This document shows positions 56,754-64,000 of a stretch of 64,000 bases of DNA, in pieces; position 1 is the stretch's first letter, and each line of letters starts with the position of its first letter. Under the pieces are notes generated by a model, which saw only the letters and a list, made by a program, of their open reading frames with translations, made no database searches and had not been told where the DNA came from. The position numbers were made by a program, and so were the translations under genes. Source of the DNA: Octopus vulgaris (lineage: Eukaryota); NCBI GenBank assembly GCA_951406725.2, contig OX597821.1, positions 65,410,001 through 65,474,000 of the forward strand, given 5' to 3'.

Positions 56754-59591
56754 TGTGCGTATGTACATACGTGCGTGTTCGTGATTATGTGTGTGTGTGT
56801 GTGCGTGCAAAGCGTATGCGTATATGTGTGTCTATGTGGATGTATGTACGTGGATGTGTATTTCTGTGCGTGGGTTCTTTCATCTCCTACTTGGAAGTCT
56901 TAGAAACGGACTTACGGCCAGAAAGATCTGCATGGCGGTGTCGAATTGTTATACTTGAGGTTTCATTTAAAGAAATGCTTCGGGATTAATTCAAAAGACC
57001 TCCACCCTCTCTTTTATCCCTCCCTCCCCCTCTCTCTCTTTATCTATCTATCTATCTTTTTCTCCCTTCCTTTATCTCTCTATCTTTCTGTTTCCTTTTG
57101 TACACCTACGCAAAATACTTTTATGTACTTATATATGCGTGTACTTATGTGTGTGTGTGTGTGCGTGTGTATGTGCGTGTTCGTGTGTGCACTTATCGGC
57201 ATGGACATGTCTTTATTTCTATACATACAGACACATATACATATACATGCATATACACATACACATATATCATATATCATATGTATATATGCATGTGTGT
57301 ATGCATGTATGTATAGATTCAGACACCGTCTAAATATATAAGAGTGGTTTCGTTTGTTCGCAAGTAATAGCAGCGATGATATGAAGGTTACTTAATATGC
57401 TTTATTACCATAATCGTTACTACTCCTGCTGCCGCTGCTGCTGCTGCTGCGGCCGCTACTGCTGCTACAGGTTGTGATGACGATTGTAATATCGTTGCTG
57501 TAGTTGTGGTTGTTTTTGTTACTGTAATTAAACTTTAAAATATTTCAAGGGTACACCGAAGGAGGATAGTAGACTAAATTCCAGCCATAAAGAAACAAAA
57601 GAACTGAAAGAAAATACATTGAGGCGGTGCTCCATCATGGCCGCACGTCTTCGACTCAAAACATTAAAACTAATAAAAGAATGAAAAGAATATTTCTTGA
57701 GTGTTATAGCATTTGTCGATTAGATTTTGGCAAGAAACTTGAAGTAATGAGAAAGCAGTCGATTATCAAATGTTTGGCTGTCTCTTACTGACGATCGGTA
57801 ATGCGGTGAAATTACGTGATGCAACTGTTCTATCCAACGTTGCTGATGATATGTCGTCAAACAATTATATATTCTTTTTAGCATTTGTCCTCTAGTGGAG
57901 ATGATTTCTTGGGGCATTTTCTGCAGTCATGTTTGTTATAAACAACACATCCGATTGAAGCTGGATTTGCTATTAATACACACACACACCACACACCACA
58001 CGCAAACACACACACACACACGATTAAATAAGTACCAGTTACGCACTGGTGTCGATATAATCGACTTAATCCGTTTGTCTGTCCTTGTTTGTCCCTTCTG
58101 TGTTTAGCCCCTTGTGGGTAGTAAAGAAATAAGTATTTCGTCTGCCGCTACGTTCTGAGTTCAAATTCCGCCGAGGTCGACTTTGCTTTTCATTCTTTCG
58201 GAGTCGATAAATTAGGAACCATTCGTATACTGGGGTCGATTTTATCGACTGGCACCCTCCCCCAAAATTGTGGGCCACTTTACGTCGGCAAATAGACTCT
58301 GCTTTTCAGTATTACCACAACTTATTTCTCGCTCACAAATTTAAAACTACTTGTTTTTATCTTCAATGGATTACGGTTATATTTAAAGTTAAGATTTGAC
58401 GAGCATTAGAAAATTATTTTAATCTTTTAATCAGGGAAAAATGTTGTATCAAAAATCCGTTACGGGGGTCTCTGAAATTGGTTGGAGAGAGGAAGTTGTC
58501 CTCAAATTAGACATGTCCCAAATGTTTGCGACGAAATGGGTTCCGCTAAAGTCACTCATGTTGCCAGGGGCTTACACTAAACATGGTGTCGGATTAAGTC
58601 TACCACCTGTATAGACCGCAGCATGATTTCATCTCAGATCGGAAAGTGCTGATTAGGATTAATATTAAACTTAATGCGAGCTTGAAGTTATGATCAGAAT
58701 TTGAATTAGTGACAAGATTCGAAAGAAACGGCCTCAGGAATTGTAATTAGCCTAATGTGAATGTTAGGGATATGCTCACGAATAGATTATCTTTGAGTTA
58801 TACGTATGGGAATTGTTTCAGTGGCTTAGCAAGAGTTTATGCCATCTGTGAGCAACCCTTAAGCTGGAATATTCTTCGACAAGATGAATCCTAGAAAAGG
58901 TTACTTTTTTTATGGAAGACCAGCTGTTATTCAACCAGCCAATCTCTCCTCTTCACGCTACGGATGCCGTCTAAGAGAAAAGTGAGGAGGAAATAGCTCA
59001 GCGACAATGAGTGTCATTGCTAGCAAACTCAGGACATGAAAGAGATAGGACAAAAACCTCGAGGAATTTTAGTCAATGCCCTAACAAATCTTGCCCTTTA
59101 TTTTATCGAATTCTGAAGGACGAAAAGGAAAGTTGACATCGGAGTGATTTGAACGTAGAACATAGAGGGTTGAACTAATGCAATACTTGTGTAATTCCGG
59201 ATGTATTTCATCCACAACACACGGAATTCTCTTTTCCCTTTCTTGATAATGAGCCTGTAACTCGAAATATCGGACTTCGTCTCTGCGCTATATCAACATT
59301 TATTTCTTCTATCACGTTGTACATTTTGATTTATTTCTAATTGCAAATTAAATGCTGGGTTACCGTTGGATATAATTTTCTCTTTATTTTATTTATTTAT
59401 TTCAAACATTAGACCGTGGCCTCGGTATGTTACAGATACGAATGGGTTTTGTCAATCAAATTAACCCCATTCTCAAACTTATTCTATCCGTCCCCTTTGG
59501 CGAATTGCTAGGCTACTAGGAGATAAACAGTCCATCAATGGTTTTAAATGGTTAGACACGCATATAACTACACACACGACCACGCACGCAT

Positions 59592-59622
<31 letters not shown>

Positions 59623-59934
59623 CAGGAAGGGTATCGGCTCAATTTTTGTTAACCAAACGAAATTTACTCATAAGATCAGCCCGCAGCCATAGCCAGAAAA
59701 CTCCAGCCCATGGTGACGTGCAGAGGCCTGAATCAGAAAACATGTGTTTAGTTCAACAGGGGTCTAACATGGGCGAAAATTATAACAATGAGAGCTTGAA
59801 GCTTTTTCACAGTCGATGTACTGATGCGATTCTACAATTGAGAGATTCAGATCATTATGAATTTATTGATAATGGAAACTACAGTGTTTCTCGATAACTT
59901 CGAATGCAAGTTAAACGTTATTATTTATTTTTCG

Positions 59935-61321
59935 AAGGTGGCGAGTTGGCAAAAACGTTAGCACGCCGGGCGTTCTGAGTTCAAATTTTGCCGAGGTTGA
60001 CTTTGCCTTTCATCTTTTCGGGGTCGATAAATTAAGTACCAGTTGCGTCCTCCTCTCCCAAAATTTCGGGTCTTGTGCCTAGAGTAGAGAAAAATGATTA
60101 TTTTTCGTCAGTAGCAGTGGTTGTGTGGTAAGTAGCTTACATACGAACCACATGGTTCAGGGTTCACTCCCACTGCGTGGTACCTTGAGCAAGTGTCTCT
60201 ACTATAACCTCGGGCCGACCAAAGCCTTGTGAGTGGATATGGTAGACAGAAACTGAAAGAAGCCCGTCGTATATGTGTATACATATGTATATAGGTATGT
60301 GTGTATATATGTTTGTGTGTTTGTGATTGTCCCCCAACATCGCTTGACAACCGATGCTGGTGTGTTTACGTCCCCGTACCTTAGCGGTTCGGCAAAAGAT
60401 ACCGATAGAATAAGTACTAGGCTTACGAAGAATAAGTCCTGGGATCGATTTGCTCGATCGACTAAAGGCAGTGCTCTAGCATGGCCGTAGTCAAATGACT
60501 TGAAACAAGTAAAAGAGTAAAAGAGAATAAGGCGGCGAGCTGGTATAACCGTTAGCACGCCGGGTGAAATGCTTCGCGGCATTTCGTCTGCTGCTACGTT
60601 ATGAGTTCAAATTCCGTCGAGGTCGATAAATTAAGTACCTGTTGTATACTGGAGTCGATTAGATCGACCCCCTCCCCCCCCAAAAAAATTTTCTGCCTTG
60701 TGCCTAGAGTAGAAAAGATAATTTATTTTCCGCAACAAGATGGTAGATTCATAAACACGCTTGACGAAATGGTTAACGGCATTTAGCTCGTTATTACGTT
60801 CTAAGTTCAGATCTAGTTGTGGGCGCCTTTGTTTTTCATCCTTTCGGGGTCGGTGATATAAGTACGAGTTATATACTTGGGCAAAAGCAATCCACTAGCA
60901 CAGGCCTCACATATTGTACGGCCTTGTGCTTACGGTAGAAAAGATTATTTGTATGTTTAATACAATGTTATACCGTACATTTCTCGGTTAAAACGTATAC
61001 TTTCGTTCGGTTGTAAATATATATTCTTTTAAATGTAGTCTTAAACCGGAATATTTTTCCTTTCCTAACATGTCGCAACATGAATGCACTAACATGCATA
61101 ATCTAGTAAATTCATGTATAAGTGAGTATATGTGTGTGGGTGTGTGTGTGGGGGGTGGTGTATACAGGCTTGGCTGCGTGGTAAGAAGCTTGCTTCTCAA
61201 CAACATGATTCAGGGTTCAATTCCACTGCATAGCACTTTGAGCAAGTGCCTTCTACTATAGCCTCAAGCCGACCAAAGCATTGTGAGTGGATTTGGAAAA
61301 TGCGAACTGAAAGAAGCTCGT

Positions 61322-61369
<48 letters not shown>

Positions 61370-61600
61370 TAAAAAGTATATATTTATGTGTGTATGTTCG
61401 TCCTCACCGCCATCGCTTGACAACGGATGTTGGTGCGTTTACGTCTCCGTGATCTAGCGGTCCGGCAAAAGTGACCGATAGAATAAGTACTGGGCCTACG
61501 AAGAATAAGTCCTGGGTCGATTTGTTCGACTAAAGGCGGTGCTCCAGCGAGGCCGCAGTAAACGACTGAAACAATTAAAAGGATAGAAGAATAAAGGAAT
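59935..61600 (+). mobile_element. Run of SINEs (family C at 59935, 60530 and 60740; family B at 60110 and 61165)
   Basis: Matches the family consensus stretches. Confidence 0.8.
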
Positions 61601-61726
61601 GTATATATATATATATATATATATGGCGGTGCCCCACCATGGCCACAGCTCGTGAGCTTGAAACTAGATAAAATAAAATATATATAAATATATATACATA
61701 CCTACATATTATATATATATATATAT

Positions 61727-61931
61727 AAAAATTGCAGCGTGGAAGGTGTTTGTAAGCTATTTAAGAAACACACAAAAGCAGTTCGATTCACTTCAACATT
61801 TAAGTTTAATGTGTCAAAATATTTTCGGCTAAAACGCGATTCAGACAAAAGATCGCAGGTTTTTGTCGTAAAATCCGCGACCTGTTCACTGACAAAAGAT
61901 GCAGCACGGATTTTTGTCAGTGAACAGGTCG

Positions 61932-61936
<5 letters not shown>
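61727..61936 (-). mobile_element. ~210-bp non-coding hammerhead-bearing element with a 25-bp perfect terminal hairpin, in (TA)n
   Basis: atccgcgacctgttcactgacaaaa (61873-61897) / ttttgtcagtgaacaggtcgcggat (61912-61936); both flanks are (TA)n. Confidence 0.75.
61812..61894 (-). ncRNA. Type-I hammerhead variant with G3-C8 covariation (GUGAACA) and extended stem II
   Basis: Minus strand: TGTCA-GTGAACA-GGT.CGCGGATT[GACAAAA..TTTTGTC]AATCGCG..GCC-GAAA-ATAT-TT-TGACA. Confidence 0.7.
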
Positions 61937-62005
<69 letters not shown>

Positions 62006-62025
62006 TATCTAAATAAACATATAAG

Positions 62026-62070
<45 letters not shown>

Positions 62071-62172
62071 ATATATATATATATATATATACACATACAT
62101 ATACATACATACGTCCATATATACATTTATATATATATATATAAAGATGTCTGTGATATATTTGACTAGAAA

Positions 62173-62221
<49 letters not shown>

Positions 62222-62235
62222 TATATACTATAGTA

Positions 62236-62270
<35 letters not shown>

Positions 62271-62281
62271 TTTTACTATAA

Positions 62282-62402
<121 letters not shown>

Positions 62403-62432
62403 TATACTTGTACGTATGTATATATCTGTGAC

Positions 62433-62690
62433 TGCGCATGGCTTAATGGTTAGGGTGTTTTGGTTCACGATCGTCTTGGTCGTGTGTTCCATTCCTGGCG
62501 GCGAGTTTTGTCCTTGATCAAGTTTCTTAGTTTCATGTTGTTCCAGTTCATTAAACTAGTGAATATCAGTAGCTCCTGTAATTCAAATGGTTAATCTTGT
62601 CACATTCTGTGTCACGCTGACTCTCCCGGAAAACTACGTTAAATGTACGCGTGTTTGTGGAGTGCTCAACCACGTGCACACTGATCCATT
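62433..62690 (+). mobile_element. Diverged tRNA-derived SINE (CORE-like, family A tail)
   Basis: gcgcatggcttaatggttaggg head; ctgtgtcacgctga...ggagtgctcaaccac tail. Confidence 0.65.
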
Positions 62691-62697
62691 AATCGGA

Positions 62698-62728
<31 letters not shown>

Positions 62729-62737
62729 ATGTATGTA

Positions 62738-62768
<31 letters not shown>

Positions 62769-62978
62769 ATTCATGTATGTATGTATGTATGCATTTATGT
62801 ATTTATGTGTGTAACAATGAAAAACGAGTATCGACAAGTTTTTGACAAGGGAATTAATCCAGTGTTTCATACGTAAATAATTAATGAAACAAATATATTA
62901 ATTAATCGAAACATCTTAACTCGCTACGTTCTTCCCTCAATTTTTCGTCTTTCATTTCTTTCCACTCATCAGCTCTTC

Positions 62979-63043
<65 letters not shown>

Positions 63044-63333
63044 TTCTCTCTATCTGTCTATCTATGTATCTATCAATCAATCTTTCTTTCACTCTTTCTT
63101 TCTTTCTTTCCACTGCACTCTCTCTACTCATTACAGCGTGCTGTTGTTTAAAAACCACCAGCTAGCCACTCATTTAACGCAGTATCGATCCTTGCATGAT
63201 GTGTCCATATCGGTATATTGACTCTAATTGAACACTTCATAAATTCTTGTGTTCTCGCTGGAAATCTCGTAAATGGCTGCATGACCGCAAATATGTAGGA
63301 AGCTCAACGAGAACAAGGTCAGCATATATTGAT

Positions 63334-64000
63334 TTCTTCTTCTTCTTCTTCTTCTTCTTCTTCTTCTTCTTCTTCTTCTTCTTCTTCTTCTTCTTCTTCT
63401 TCTTCTTTTATTATTATTATCATTATTATTATTACTATTATTATTATTATTATACTTCTTCTTCTTCTTCTTCTTCTTCTTTTTCTTCTTCTCCTTCTTC
63501 TTCTTCTTCTTCTTTTTCTTTTTCTTCTTCTTCTTCTCCTTCTTCTTCTTCTTCTTCTTTTCTTCTCCTTCTTTTTCTTCTCCTTCTTCTTCTTTTTCTT
63601 CTTCTTCTTCTTCTTCTTCTCCTTCCTCTCCTTCTTCTTCTCCTTCTTCTTCTCCTTCTTCTTCTTCTTCTTCTTCTTCTTTTTCTTCTTCTCCTTCTTC
63701 TTCTTTTTCTTCTTCTTCTTCTTCTTCTCCTTCTTCTTCTTCTTCTTCTTCTTCTTCTTCTTCTCCTTCTTCTCCTTCTTCTTTTTTCTTCTCCTTCTTG
63801 TTCTTTTTCTTCTTCTTCTTCTCCTTCTTCTTCTTTTTCTTCTCCTTCTTCTTCTTTTTCTTCTTCTCCTTCTTCTTCTTCTTCTCCTTCTTCTTTTTCT
63901 TCTCCTTCTTTTTCTTCTCCTTCTTTTTCTTCTCCTTCTTCTTTTTCTTCTCCTTCTTTTTCTTCTCCTTCTTCTTTTTCTTCTTCTCCTTTTTCTTTTC
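63334..64000. repeat. (TTC)n / polypyrimidine tract running off the window end
   Basis: Visible; briefly interrupted by (TAT)n. Confidence 0.95.

Noticed and set aside
58688-58740. atgatca-gaattt...agattc-gaaa as a hammerhead variant
   Set aside because: No stem I or UH context; probably chance
59646-59897. 83-aa non-repetitive ORF
   Set aside because: Non-ATG start, no recognisable domain or clear splice signals

Overview
AT-rich, extremely microsatellite- and transposon-dense eukaryotic DNA. The tRNA-derived SINE families look like those of coleoid cephalopods, probably Octopus (my inference). I cannot call an intact host gene: nearly all listed ORFs are translations of microsatellites or SINEs. 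Recognisable content: at least four tRNA-derived SINE families; a Penelope-like element (PLE) with an open RT but a deleted GIY-YIG core; a second PLE remnant; many R4/Dong-like restriction-endonuclease-type LINE fragments; RTE and Tx1 fragments; an internally deleted mariner; a Helitron-like element; and a 2-kb ORF1-only (zinc-knuckle) retroelement. The main result is five type-I hammerhead ribozyme motifs plus one half motif, all folded by eye (12485+, 15611+, 16058-, 37946+, 61812-, partial 47799-). Their cores are canonical or variant (CUGAUGA, CUGACGA, CCGAAGA, GUGAACA, CCGACGU), their stem-III loops are palindromic, and several have long stem-II insertions. Two sit in PLE termini. Three sit in short non-coding elements with a 5' inverted arm, two of which also span more than one repeat unit, consistent with retrozyme-like RNAs mobilised by PLE reverse transcriptase. 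All coordinates and folds were read manually and need computational and biochemical confirmation.
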